From assembly GCF_018350175.1 (NCBI RefSeq), contig NC_058368.1:16990001-17054000 (forward strand): 64,000 nucleotides of DNA, in the 5' to 3' direction. Below the pieces are notes generated by a model. It was given only the letters and a program-made list of their open reading frames with translations, ran no database searches and was not told where the DNA came from. The DNA is from Felis catus. Lineage: Eukaryota. Both the position numbers and the translations under genes were made by a program. Shown piece after piece: positions 50,067-62,652 of the stretch (position 1 is its first letter; each line of letters begins with the position of its first letter).

Positions 50067-50462
50067 TGTAGCAGATATTGCCGGTGTCTGACTGCAGCCC
50101 TCAGCACTCACTCTTCTCTTCCTTTCTAGAGCTTCCTATGCAAGCAACTGTGATCAGTTTGAGGGCTTCCTCTGGCCACGAAAGTCTGTGCCACCTAGTT
50201 ATCCATGCGTAGTGCTGTCTGGACGTGCCAGGATGTTTATGCCTTGGGAACAGGCAATACGGAAGGGAGTTTAATACATAAATACCCCAGCGTCTTTGTC
50301 CCTCTGGTATTGACAGTCTCCCAGAATTACCTAGCAGAACTGAACCCCAGTTCTCCAACCTACTCATTGATGTGTGCCCCTTTTCTTTCTCATCCTCTGA
50401 TTTCCCTACTGCTGCTTGAAGGATCACTACTCAAATAAATTAATTGCACTGATTTTGTTTGC
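50067..50462 (+). mobile_element. ERVL solo LTR (LTR16-like)
   Basis: tgtagcagatattg start, ataaataccccagc, gaaccccagttctcc, ggatcactactcaaataaattaattgcac. Confidence 0.7.
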
Positions 50463-50465
50463 CTG

Positions 50466-50663
50466 GTTTTTTTTTAAGTTTATTTATTTATTTTCAGGTG
50501 GGGGTGGGAGGAGCAGACAGAGAGGGAGAGAGAGAGAATCTCAAGGAGGATCTGCACTGTCAGCATGGAGCCCTATGCAGGGCTTGAACTCACAAACTCT
50601 GAGATCATGTCCTGAGCCAAAATCAAGAGTCAGATGCTTAACTGACAAGCCACCCAGACACCC
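50466..50663 (-). mobile_element. CAN-SINE
   Basis: Antisense SINE, TSD tgtttgcctg. Confidence 0.92.
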
Positions 50664-52471
50664 TGTTTGCCTGTCTTATCATTCCAAACTGCTACATCTT
50701 TCTTCTCTCCTTTGAATTCTAAATCATTTATCTATTTCATTGTCCTTTTTCTCAATAAGCCTTAGTGTCACTTGCCATGTATAATGAATTCTTATGGACA
50801 CTAAGATATTCTCGTAAGCCGTTTTCAAACAAATTTTTTATATTTAATAAAGATTCATGAAGTAACTGTTTACAGCCAACTTCAATTGATCAAGTAATTC
50901 TTACTTGTTATTAGCTAGAAGGACAATGAGGTTCTGAGCTTAAAGTTCATTATATGCCAAAACCTTCATTACTTTGCAAAAAGAACACATGAAGTCACCT
51001 AATACTTATGTGACTCATAATACCTAGGATTCATAAGCTGTATGTTCTCAGTTCTATAATTCTTAGGAAAATCAGATACACTGGGAGACTTGAATGCTTT
51101 AGACACCAGATAATTTTAAATCCCAGTGACAGAATTGAGGACATATGATTAACTTTTATAGGAACTATGGAGAATACAACATAGTTCACAGCAAAACTCT
51201 TGTAGGGTAACTCCTAGCAAATGCACTTCCAATTTCTCAGCATCCTCCACACCAAATAGAATCACAGGTATTTTTCCAACAATTTAAATGTCTACCTTCC
51301 CACTTTCCATCAAGGTATATATTTTGTTATTTTCCTTAGAAAGGAAAACTCAGAAGAATCTTGGAATTATTTCTTCCTCTGGCTCAAGTGATATTGTCCT
51401 AAGTATGCCCATATTGTTAATATTTTCATGGTGTACCTATTCACAAAGAGTTTTCAAATAGATTATTTCATGTAAACCAGTTGGATAGGTACAAAGGCAT
51501 TATTGTTATTTTAGTTTGGAGGCTGGAAAGCTGGTACTCGTAAAAGTTAACTGCCTTAACTGATGGAACGTGGAATCAGGAATAGCCCCTAATGTCCTTG
51601 GCTAGTTCCACTTGACCTTGGGTGGACTGGATGACACCTCTGACTCTGGAGAAATGTTTTCCCATTGTCAATTCTGTGTTATCAGAGAACTTTTGTATTG
51701 CTTGCAAAAAAGAAACATTTTTTAGGAGAAAGTGAATATTCCCAGGACTGCATTCAGATTTCCAGTGAGAAGACAGTATTTATTTCATTTTTTTGTGTTG
51801 AATCAAATTAAATTCTTGGATGAAAGTATCTATCAAAACAGTAATTATGGAGAAAATTTTAAAAGCATAAATCCTGTGTAAACGATTGGATCTTAATGGA
51901 GCAAGTGAAGCCATTGGGTTTTCTTTGCTAAAGCGAACATCTGGTAAATTTATAGCTCATTGTGCTGTAGTTTAATGGCAAAAACAAAAACACTGTCTTC
52001 ACTTCAGTAGTCAACCACCATAAGGAGTAAATGTTATTATCCAGAAAATAATCCCCTAAGAAAATGGATTTCTAACTGATTAGCAAAGCCACATATGAAG
52101 ACCCTACATAATAAAGCAACTTTGTTTCTTAGCAACAGGAGAATCAAACAGATTGAAATATGATGGGTTTGACAATGACATTGAATGAGAAATCAGTGTA
52201 ACTTGAAAAAAAACATCAGGAGAAAAGATGATAGGTATAGAGGAATGCTGCAGAATACTTTTATATTTAAGATTTTAACCATAAATCTAGCACACAGAGG
52301 AGCATCATATTTGTAGCAAAACAAAAATCTGAGGGAAGCATTTGTTTTATAGGAGAAAATGTTTCACTGTCTTTCATTATATTAGGAACTATTACAATCT
52401 AACAACCAATGTGGTAAGGAAAGAGTAAAGGCATAAATCCCACTTACATGCTTTTAAAATGCTATACCAGT

Positions 52472-52682
52472 GGAGCGCCTGGGTGGCTCAGTCGGTTGAG
52501 CGTCCAACTTTGACTCAGGTCATGATCTCACGGCTCGTGGGTTTAAGCCCCACGTTGGGCTCTGTGTTGACAGCTCAGAGCCTGGAGCCTGCTTCGGATT
52601 CTGTGGCTCCCTCTCTCTCTGACCCTAACCCACTCCCATTGTGTCTCTGTCTCTCTCAAAAATAAATAAACATGAAAAATAT
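52472..52682 (+). mobile_element. CAN-SINE
   Basis: TSD ttaaaatgctataccagtg. Confidence 0.95.
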
Positions 52683-52884
52683 TAAAATGCTATACCAGTG
52701 AACTAATCATAAAAGGAAACACATTTTACAGATTAACTAGAATTTTAATGTCCTAGGAGGGAATTTTCACTAAAGATTGTGATATATCAAGTGCTTTTTT
52801 ATATATTTTCTCTTGAACTTTCACTGGGATGAGGAAATTTTAATATATATAAATATTTTATTCACCTTAATGAACACTGTTGAT

Positions 52885-53033
52885 GAATAACTATTTACTG
52901 AGTGCTTACTGTGAACCAAGCTCTTTCTAATCAATTTACATACTTTAGTGTATTTGATCTTTACAACACCAGTAAGAATGGCACTTATTTTCCTCATTTT
53001 ACTGAGGAAAGCAGACACTTAAAGAAATTTGCC
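52885..53033 (-). mobile_element. MIR relic (continues at about 53640-53700 after the MLT1)
   Basis: tatttactgagtgcttactgtgaaccaag...ttcctcattttactgaggaaagcagac. Confidence 0.75.
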
Positions 53034-53638
53034 TGTGGTAGGCAGAATTTTAAGACCCGTAAGAACCCCACTCTGTCAGGTGCATAATTCCTGCCTCTTA
53101 TGGAGTATATAATTCCCCTCACCTTCCATAGAGGCAGAATCTGTGAATGCATACAGTCACTCCTGTGATTAGGTTACCAATTAGTAGATTTTGAGTTAAT
53201 CAAAAGAAAAAGTATCTGGGTAGGTTCCGTCTAATTAAATGAGTCCTTAAAAGGGTCTGACCACTTCTTGAAGGTAGAGAGACTGGAAATCTAAGAAAAC
53301 CTATGGAGGGGGCCATGTGACCAGGACCTGAACTACACCTTTAGGAAATGAGAGCAGGCCGTGGGTGGCAGCGGGGACAGGGACCCTGGTTAGCAGACAA
53401 CAGGGATCCTTGTTGGCAAACAGGGACCTCCATCATACAATCTCCAGACAGTGAATTCTACCCATACTAGCCAACTTGGAAAGGGGCCTAAAGCTTCAGC
53501 TGGAAACCACAGCCCTGGAAGGCACCTTGACTTCACCCTGGTGAGATCTTAAGAAGAGGGCTCCGGAGATAATAAACGGGTATCGTTTTAAGCCATTACA
53601 TTTGCGATAATTTGGTAATGCAGCTGTACAAGAACGAT
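53034..53638 (+). mobile_element. MaLR solo LTR (MLT1E/F-like)
   Basis: tgtggtaggcagaattttaagaccc...ataataaacgggtatcgttttaagccattacatttgcgataatttggtaatgcagc. Confidence 0.85.
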
Positions 53639-53759
53639 GCCTTGCATCAAGCCCTATTGCCAGTGAGTGAGATGAAAACACAGGGCAGTCTGATCCTGAT
53701 GGTCTTGCTTTCAAACATCTTCATATCAATTTTCATATAAATTAAGGCCTTTTGTTTAC

Positions 53760-53854
53760 AATCTATAGAAACTGACTTCCGGCTAACTCAAATAGAAATA
53801 AAAAGTAAAACAATTTCATTTCATATGAAATACAGAAAATCTTACAGAACAACA

Positions 53855-53905
<51 letters not shown>

Positions 53906-54063
53906 GAAGAGAGGAAGGAAGGAAGGAAGGAAGGAAGGAAGGAAGGAAGGAAGGAAGGAAGGAAGGAAAAGAAAAGAAAAGTAAAGAAAAGAAAAGAAAA
54001 GAAAAGAAAAGAAAAGAAAAGAAAAGAAAAGAGAAAAGAAAAGAAAAGAAAAGAAAAGAAAAG

Positions 54064-54094
<31 letters not shown>

Positions 54095-54360
54095 GAAAAG
54101 TTAAAAAGCAAGGCTCAGGAAGAGCAGGGCAGAAAGCAGTTCCCAGAATCCCAGCTGGAAGATGCACAGCCTCTTTAAGCAGCTGTTATTGGAAAATGGC
54201 TCCTTCCACTGTTTCAGGCCTGCAGCTCAAGATTCCGATTCCCCAGGAGAGCCTGACTGCACACCTATGTTACAGGCCCACACCTGTAGTCAGGGGGGCG
54301 AAAAGTGTGATTGACCAAACTTCTAGAATCATAATGAGTAAGATTAAAGGAAGCAATAAT
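53760..54360 (-). mobile_element. Old MaLR LTR relic (MLT1J/K-like) hosting the purine microsatellite
   Basis: agaaactgacttccggctaactcaaataga...ctcaagattcc...ccccaggagagcctgact. Confidence 0.45.
53854..54100. repeat. Compound (GAAA)n(GGAA)n(GAAAA)n purine microsatellite
   Basis: Directly visible. Confidence 0.98.
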
Positions 54361-54402
54361 GCAAGATTGCTTTTCATTTCTATTTTGTAAGAGGTGGGCG
54401 GC

Positions 54403-54803
54403 ATATTAGGGTTCTCCAGAGAAACAGAACCAATAGGATGTATATACTTAGAGATAGAGATTTCTTTTAGGGAAGTGGCTCACATGATTGTGGGGCCTGG
54501 TAAATCCAAAATTTATAGAGGAGGCTGGCAGGCTGGAAATTCTGGCCAGAGTTGATGCAGTCTTGAGTCCAAGGCAGTGTGGAAGGCAGAATTCCTTCCT
54601 CTTTGGGAATACTCAGCCTTTTCTCTCAAGGCCTTCAGTTATTGGATAAGGCCCACCTACATTATGGAAAGTCAGCATCTACTGATTTAAGAGTTACTCA
54701 TGTCTAAAAAAATAGCTTCGAAGCAAACATGTAGGTTGGTATTTGACCAAACAACAGGAAACCTGTAGCCAAGCCAAGCTGACATATAAAATTAACCATC
54801 ACA
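54403..54803 (-). mobile_element. ERVL solo LTR (MLT2C/D-like)
   Basis: tattagggttctccagagaaacagaaccaatagg...ccaagctgacatataaaattaaccatcaca. Confidence 0.9.
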
Positions 54804-55924
54804 AAAGGTCTTAGAAAAGTTGGTGGAGACTTCCAATGCTTCCACTAGGCTTTTTCTATATGTAGCCCTTTATTTTGGACGAAGAAACCAATGAACGGAT
54901 TCTGAAAGTTACTGAGGACATCTTTCTATCATGAATGCCATAATATTATCAAAGTTTGAATTGAAAATTATGTAAGTACAATTAACACTTAGCTCCAGCT
55001 TTAGCAAATTTATATTGATAGAAAAAATGGATTACTTGTCATAATCTTGATGAGAATTTACTTAAAACTTCTTCTAACATATATCTATTTCACCAATGAT
55101 ATTAATTGATTAAATATCATGCATGTAGAAGCATTATAGATTAACTGGACTTGATCAAAACATCCTTGGGATCTTGACTTTGATATCATTTCCAAATTAC
55201 AGTGAAGAATTGAAACATACTATCTTTGGGAAACATATCACTCTAAATTCTTGTGGACTTTAAATTTATTCATTCACTGTTTTATTTAACAAATGCTTTT
55301 TGAATTAATTTTCTTTAGAAAATTACGAAGTAGGACCCGAGATCCCCTTGTATCTCTCTGTGTGATGATTTCTCTGTTTCTTTCCAGAAACAGGTGTGAG
55401 ATAAACCATGACTCTCTAACTTGAGTAAAAGATTTCAGAATCTCCTACATCTGCTCAGATTTAGGCTGTATCCTTTTCAATAAGGAGAATCAAACCCTGA
55501 GTATTTGCTGCCAAAAGTGGTTTTTGTGAATTATGCTTGGAAGTTTATTTGCATTGGCATTCCTGTAAATGGATCCAGGAACATTTTCCACTAATATTCC
55601 AAATAAGGGTAATGAAGTCTGTGTTTGAATGTTTTTACGGGCCCTGAATTCCACCTTAATCAGGACAATGAGCGTTTCAGACATTTCTACCCGGGCACAG
55701 TTACAAATGGATATCACTAAGGCTTGGTTGCAGAGGGCTAGCCTATTTTGCTGGCGCCCTCAGTTTCAGAGTGGGGCCCAAGCCAATCAAATTGAGGCAC
55801 CCAAGCCAATCTGGATGGCTAGGGACTGCTCCATTACTCAGTGTGAATAACACCAGGCAATATACTGAGGGCAAATAGAAAACAAAATTTCTATTAGCTC
55901 TAATTTTACTGTAACTTGCAAATA

Positions 55925-56110
55925 TAGTGAAATGTAGTAGAAGCTCAAAAGCCAAAGTGTGTGGGTTGAAATGCTGGCTCTGCTACTTAATAACTGTGTG
56001 ACTCTGGTTGGCTTTCTTAACTTCTCTGTGTCTCACTTTTCAACATGTGACAACAATAGCAGGTTTGCAGTAGGGACTACATGAAATAATACATGCAAAA
56101 TGTTTAGAAC
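55925..56110 (+). mobile_element. MIR relic (resumes at about 56310-56365)
   Basis: gggttgaaatgctggctctgctacttaataactgtgtgactctgg...cttaacttctctgtgtctcac. Confidence 0.8.
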
Positions 56111-56111
56111 T

Positions 56112-56309
56112 AGGAGACGCTAGTAATATTTTAGTAACTGACATTTGGGGGAAACTCCCCCAATTGTAGAATTTTCCACTTTCTGTAGTGTAAATTCTCC
56201 TGCTTTGGCCAATTTCAAGCTGCCAATGTGGCATCACTGAACCTAAAGGTGGAGACATGTGCCAGTTGGTTCTTGGGAGACGGAATGAGCCAGCTTCAGC
56301 ACGCCATTG
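56112..56309 (-). mobile_element. MER63A-like hAT (Blackjack) MITE inserted in MIR
   Basis: gtgtaaattctcc...ggccaatttcaagctgccaatgtggcatcactgaac...gagccagcttcagcacgccattg. Confidence 0.75.
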
Positions 56310-56419
56310 ATGTTAACAATACCCAAACATTATAAACATTCAAGGAAAGTAAGTCATTAGTATTCCTGTTTGTTGCAAACGTACAACTAAGTATGATCTC
56401 ATCCAAGATGCCGACCACA

Positions 56420-56705
56420 CCAAGGTATAGACCTTAGATTTTATATTAGAAGGACGGGAACTCATTAAAATATTTTGAGCAAGAGAATAACATAATTAAC
56501 TTTAATATTTTAAAGCTTACTCTTACTGCTCTGTAGAGAATTTACTATAGGGCTATAAGAAGGGAGACAAGGAAAACATTAGGGATTTTATTTAATGGTA
56601 TAAGAGATAGATGAGAACAGCCTGGAGTAGTGTGATCGTGATGAGAAGCAGTCTTATTTTTTATTTTGAAAAATGAAGGGGGTAGGATCTGACAATGAAT
56701 AAGAT
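56420..56705 (-). mobile_element. L2 relic
   Basis: ttagattttatattagaagg...ttttgagcaagagaataacataatt...cagcctggagtagtg. Confidence 0.55.
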
Positions 56706-57184
56706 GTACAATAATAACAACTATGTTGGAGGATTGTTATGAGAATTAACTGAGATAATATATGCATACGGCGAATAGTAGATGCTAAACCAATGTCAGT
56801 TATCTTTCATTAATAATATTTAGAATCATTATTTAGAGGAGATATTGGTTCTTTAAACAATCTCATAGCAAAGAGACTTAATACTCTAATAGAATGTAGA
56901 CATTTACAAAAATTTTTTTAAAATCAAAGCTAAGGTCATTGAAGGCTAAGAAGAGTAGCAAAAATTAGGATATAAAGAAAAGCTCATTTCTTTCCTTCTC
57001 ACCCTGAAAATTCCAGCAACATTATTATTCCTTTTGCTTTATATGCAACCAAGAAAAGGGAGAGAGTGGCATTTAGACGTAAGATATAACTGCATTTAGT
57101 TGCACTTTTTGATTCAATCTGAATTGTATCCAGAAGCAATGTGTTATACCAGGGAAAAATAGCTCCTTTCACCTGTAAGAGAAC

Positions 57185-57186
<2 letters not shown>

Positions 57187-57218
<32 letters not shown>
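57187..57218. repeat. (GA)n microsatellite
   Basis: Directly visible. Confidence 0.95.
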
Positions 57219-57221
<3 letters not shown>

Positions 57222-57724
57222 TGATGGCTTCAAATCTCAGTCTCTGGAGCACCACTAAAGTAAAAGAGTTTTTCAAAACAGCCAGATCTATGAGTCTCTA
57301 TGCTCCAGCCCAGATGAGTATTTCAGAATCTCCATTACATTTGTACACAAGAAATGAAAGAAATGAGCCAGATGTCTCCCAATAGAATGGCTGAAGTCTA
57401 ATGAGTCAGTGATTGTAAGAACTTTTAGCTCCTATGCATACAGGTTTTTAGAAGACATTGCCGTTTTATGAATGTAATATGCATAGGACCTGCTTTATCC
57501 TTTCAGAAACAAATAAAATTTATAGGATAAGAATTACAAAGATAGTTCCTCTTGCTGGCTCTTCACCAAAGAGATCCTCACATTTAGTAATCAGAAATAT
57601 TAATTTATGACTTTGAATGTTGACTGTGTACATGGACACTATGCCGGCAACTTTGCAAGTAGAAAATGACTGATTGGTTCCACTGTTAGCATCCATGACA
57701 ATGACACTACTGATGGCTTCCTGA

Positions 57725-57860
57725 ATAGATTCTCAACACTGTATGCATGTTAGAATTTTCTGGGTCATTTAAAAAATTACAAGATCTGGATGTCACTCCA
57801 ACAGATGATGATCTAGTTAATCTTGGGAAAATCCTTGGCATAAGCATAGTTTAAAAATAA
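57725..57860. mobile_element. MER5-like relic
   Basis: ttctcaacactgtatgcatgttagaattttctggg...ttggcataagcatagtttaaaaa. Confidence 0.55.
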
Positions 57861-57869
57861 GCGTAACTA

Positions 57870-58410
57870 CAAAACATTGCCTCCAAATGTGCCATGGTCT
57901 CCAGAATCTGTCAACATATTATGGCACTGGGCAGATAAGATTAAGGCTGCAGACCCTCAGATGAAGAGATTATTTTGGATTATCTGGCTAGGACCTATCT
58001 GCTTGTAAAAGGCCTTAAAATAAAAGAAAGGCCCCCCTAACGAAAGTTAGAGATGGGACAGAAAAAGAAAGATTTGAAGTATAAGAGTGACACAGATCAC
58101 AGTTACTGGCTTGAGATGGGAGAAGGGGACCATGAGCCAAGGAATGTGGGAAGCCTCTAGCACCTGGGCAATTGCCCTCAGCTGACATCTAGCAAGGAAA
58201 CAGGAACCACAGTCCTACAACCAAAAAGAATTGAATTCTATCAACAACCCAACTGAGTGAGAAAATAAATGCTCCCCTGGAGTCTGTACCTTGATTTTAG
58301 CCCACTGAGACCTGGGTCAGACTTCCAGCCTATTGAACTGAGCATTATTAAATTTACATTAAGTTCCTAACTTTCTGGTAATTTGCTTACAATCGCAATA
58401 GAATTAATAA
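57870..58410 (+). mobile_element. MaLR solo LTR (MLT1D-like)
   Basis: gattattttggattatctgg...ccatgagccaaggaatgtgggaagcctctag...agcaaggaaacaggaacc...ccttgattttagccc. Confidence 0.85.
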
Positions 58411-58416
58411 TTAGAG

Positions 58417-58448
58417 TGTATATATACACACACACATACATATATATA

Positions 58449-58480
<32 letters not shown>
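58417..58480. repeat. (TA)(CA)(TA)(TG)(TA) palindromic microsatellite
   Basis: Directly visible. Confidence 0.95.
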
Positions 58481-58577
58481 ATAGAATAAATTTCTAAATT
58501 TTTAAAAATTTATATACATTAAGGCTTACTTTTTGTGTTATAAAGTTCTGTTTGCTTCAGAAATTCTTAACTGTATT

Positions 58578-58920
58578 TCTTGTTTGTTTTTATTGTGCTA
58601 AGAAAATTTAACATGAGATCTGCTCTCTTAACAAATGTTCAAGTATACACTACAGTATTGAATATAAGTACAATGTTGAACAGCATATCTCTACAACATA
58701 TTTGTATTGTTTAACTAACACTTGATGCCCTCTGATTAATAATTTCCCATGTCCTTCCTCCAGCCCCTGGAAACTACCAATTCCACTCTTTGAGTCTATG
58801 AATTTGACTGTTTTCGATATATAAGTGGGATTAGGCAGAAAGGCAGGATTGCCTTTCTGTGACTGGCTTATTTCATTTATAATAATGTTCTCAAGGTTCA
58901 TCCTTGTTGCATATTGCAGG
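58578..58920 (-). mobile_element. L1MA9/10-like 3' end
   Basis: ttaacatgagatctgctctcttaacaaatgttcaagtatacactacagtattg; minus ORF YATRMNLENIIINEISQSQK. Confidence 0.85.
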
Positions 58921-60019
58921 GGATGGTACAAATATTATCATTTTCTTTGTGTGCTATGATATGAAAAAGGTTGGAAAGAACTTAGAGAACACTGAATTTG
59001 GAAGCATTCCTTGAACGTCTGTTCACTGCCAGGGAATGGCTGGTGTCCCAGGTGTTTAATGTAATGGGAAATAGTGAAAGTTTGCTCAATTTTGCCATGG
59101 ATTCACTGTAATTTTGAGTAAGTGATTTCAATATTATGAGTCTCTGTAAATGAGAGGGCAAGAATGGATGATCTCTGAGATTCTAATGTTCTTTGAGTTT
59201 GTCAACAGTTAACTATGAATGCAAGAAAATATAAAATTGAGACATAAGACTAGATGTCAACAAACTAGATGTATGGAATATTTTGTGCAAAGTGGCTTCC
59301 TTTGGATTTATGAATCTCACCCAAATGCTGCTTTTCATGTCATAGCTTTTAGCATTTATTTGTCTAATTAAAGCAAATGTCAGGAGACTCATTTCAGACC
59401 ACATCTCACCATACAATGTGTTCATCAGTAGCAAAATCTCTCTGAAAGTCAATTTGAAAGAGAAGGCAAATTGAATATTTTAAATGAGAGTTGCTGGAGT
59501 AGATATGAGTAATTAAGGGCAATGTAAGAATGAGTTAAGTAGATTTATTTTTAAAAGAAAGCAAGCTGGAATATTCTGCCAATGCTTTTAATCAATTTCT
59601 ATTGAATGGCTGTGTCCGTTTAATGAAAAAGAAAAGAGAACATTTCATCTCATGAAGATGATTAGGATGTTTCATTACTAGTCTTTAGATTGTAGCCAGT
59701 TCAATCATCTTCAGACATGAATTCAACCCCAAAACGCTTGAGAATATGCTCAGCATTTATCATACACTTCAGAAGTTCTAGGAGAAAATGGGAAAAGTTG
59801 TCATGAAAAAGTTTAGGAAAGATTCATAGTGCTTCTCATGCATCAGTCTTGCCAAGGGCTCCCTAAATGTTCTTAATGCATTTCTATCTACAGAATAATT
59901 TTATTCTCAATGATATAAATGCCAAAAATGAAGAATATTTCTTGTAAGTGAGCCAATAAGAGAGAGACATCGACTATTTGAGCAAAATGGAGTTCATTCA
60001 AATTTATTTTTCTCACTAC

Positions 60020-60990
60020 AGTATTTTCTGAAATATGGGATGTACATCACTGACTACAAGATAATTCTAGGTGGTACATAGACAGCTTTACATAGCATTG
60101 GATCACATAGGGAGAAAGTCACTAAGTGTCTGGTCCTTTTTCATTCCTTACTCATTAGGTCAATAGACAGTCTTAATTTGATGATAGTTTATTTCTCCTA
60201 AATTTAATTTAATGCCAGAAGAGACATTACATATATATTGTTAATAAATTGAAACTTCAATGAAAGAATCCTAATTTACACTTGTGCCCCTACCCATCTT
60301 CTGTCCGTGGAGAAAAACATTATTACTAGTTTTGTTTATAACTTTTCCATTATATTCATTCAAATATATATTACTTTCCTTATCTAAATAGTGTTATATC
60401 ATATGTACTTCTATGCTTTGTGGGTTGTTTTCAATGTTATTTATGGGTTTAAACATTGCTAATCCATTTTAAACAGAAAGATTTCAGTATTTCACCAATA
60501 GAATCAAGTTAAAATTTAATAATAACTTTACTTCCAGTGTATCAGGAAGTTATCATCCATTTATGGCAAGGAAGGATGAGGTGATATGATGCTTCCTCTT
60601 CAAATATATATACTTTTTAAAACTTGAATTAATTTAAAGAGAAAAAAGTCCATAGGGAATTTTCAATCAATATGGCCCTACCATGACTGAAAGAATAATT
60701 AAAGAATATACTCCACATTCATTATGAATTGAAGAAAAAGGAACTGAGTAGACACGAATGACAAAAAAAAAAAAAAGATGTAAGATATATCTTTGCAAAT
60801 CTAGTGAACGACAGCCTGTAGATACAACAACTACTAATTTCATTCTTTTTAGACTTGGAACTAAATTTCTATAAGACAGTAATGTGGAATTTGAGAAGTA
60901 AGAGCATAAAAGGGTAGTTAAAACATGATAAGTTACTTATCTTCTGGAGAGGAATATATAAACACTGAAAGTATATATTTAAAGTTTATT
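60020..60990. mobile_element. Charlie-like hAT DNA transposon relic (fragmented)
   Basis: cagtattttctgaaatatggg...agataattctaggtggtaca resembles Charlie termini; a related end lies at ~58921-58985. Confidence 0.4.
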
Positions 60991-61095
60991 TAAGTTAATA
61001 TTTAAGAGCAAAGCAAGCTGTGTATAAAGTTTTTGATAAAAAGTAATACTTCATATTTAAAAGTTTTATAAAGCCTTTTTTTAAAATAAATACTT

Positions 61096-61292
61096 GGGGT
61101 GCCTGGGCGGCTCTGTCAGTGAAGCCTCAGACTCTTACGATCTAACAGTTCATGGGATTGAGCCCCACATTGGGCTCTGCATCAACAACACAGAGCCTGC
61201 TTGAGATTGTCTCCCTTCCTCACTCTCTTCCCCTTCCCCATTCATGCTCTCTCTTGTTCTCTCTCAAAATAAGTGAACTTTTAAAAAATTGA
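61096..61292 (+). mobile_element. CAN-SINE (older)
   Basis: ggggtgcctgggcggctctgtcagtgaag..., TSD-like aaat(a/t)aatactt. Confidence 0.9.
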
Positions 61293-61307
61293 AATTAATA
61301 CTTAATT

Positions 61308-61420
61308 AGGGCACCTGGCTGGCTCGGTCGGAAGAGTATGCGACTCTTGATTTCAGGGCTGTGAGTTCGAGCCCTATGTAGTGGGTAGAGATTACTTAAA
61401 CTTTTTTTTTTTTTTTTTAA
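61308..61420 (+). mobile_element. Short tRNA-Lys-like CAN-SINE variant
   Basis: gggcacctggctggctcggtcggaagagtatgcgactcttgatttcagggctgtgagttcgagccc. Confidence 0.88.
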
Positions 61421-61629
61421 TTAACACCTAATAACAAAACAAGCTGTAATTTCAGACGCCAAACCAGCCAAGGTTTGGAAAGCAAATGGAACAAAGAGAC
61501 TTTATTAATCTGACAGAATGCCAGAATGAAGAAAAAGATGAGAACAAAAAAAAGACATGGAATATAGAAGCTACCAGATATACACCAGCTACTTAATTGT
61601 GTTCTTCTGAACCACTGCCGTCATTTTAA

Positions 61630-62105
61630 AATATTGTTGCAAATTCTTTGACATTCCCATAGTTAGCATGTTCTCTATATTCTTTCTCCTCAAACCTGGG
61701 CAGGATTCACTTTGCCCAATGAACTAGGGCAGAAGAGATACTATAGGTGGCCTTCACCTGAGTCTCTTCAATCGCTCACTCTTCAGACATACCTTTTGGC
61801 AACCCAATCTCCATACTGTGAGAATCCCAATCAGGGAGAGGAATCATGTGCAGCCCCTCTGAGCAGTGGTCATCTCCCTGGGTGGAGGCATGGTGGGAAG
61901 AACATTCTGGGTGCATCTGGCTCCCAGCCAATTGAGACACTCCAGTCGTGCAAGTCTTCCCAGCCAAGACCCCAGATTTAATTTAAGAATAGAGAGAAAC
62001 CATATTCCTAATCTCACAGAATCAGTAAGCATAATAAAACAATTTTTATTTTATGCCAGAAGTTTTAGGGTAGTTTGTTACACAATAATAAATGACACAA
62101 CACAG
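61630..62105 (+). mobile_element. MaLR solo LTR (MLT1G/H-like)
   Basis: ttgcaaattctttgacattccc...aatctcacagaatcagtaagcataataaa...agttttagggtagtttgttacac. Confidence 0.75.
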
Positions 62106-62348
62106 TAGTGAAGACCATTTTTGAGCTTTATTTAAATGGATATATTGTCTGTATTTTTTTGTATTTGGCTTCTTTCTTCCAACATGGCATGTTTAAGATT
62201 CAGCCATTTTGTTGTGTTCACTTATTTTCCTTGCTGGACAGTATTCTAAGAATATGCCAATATTTATTTATGAATTCTGCTTTTTATGGTCTGCTTCCAG
62301 TTTAGGGGCTGCTTAGAACAATGTTGCTTTTTAAATGTGAACATTCTT

Positions 62349-62652
62349 GGGGCACCTGAGTGGCTCAGTTGGTTGAGCATCCGACTTCGGCTCAGGTCAT
62401 GATCTCACAGTTTGTGGGTTCGAGCCCCAAGTCGGGTTCTGTGCTGACAGCTCAAAGCCTGGAGTCTGCTTTGGATTCTGTGTCTCCCTCTCTCTGTGCC
62501 CCTTCCCACTTGCACTCTGTCTCTCTCTCTCTCTCTCTCTCAAAAATACATAAACATTAAAAAATAAAATAAAATAAAATAAGATAAAATAAAATAAAAT
62601 AAAATAAAATAAAATAAAATAAAATAAAATAAAATAAAATAAAATAAAAATA
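62349..62652 (+). mobile_element. CAN-SINE with expanded (AAAAT)n tail
   Basis: TSD taaatgtgaacattctt recurs at ~62923, after the second SINE. Confidence 0.95.

Noticed and set aside
42770..54803. Two co-oriented MLT2 LTRs about 11 kb apart as a possible ERV-L provirus
   Set aside because: The LTRs look like different subfamilies and there is no gag/pol between them, only unrelated repeats and unique DNA; best read as two solo LTRs
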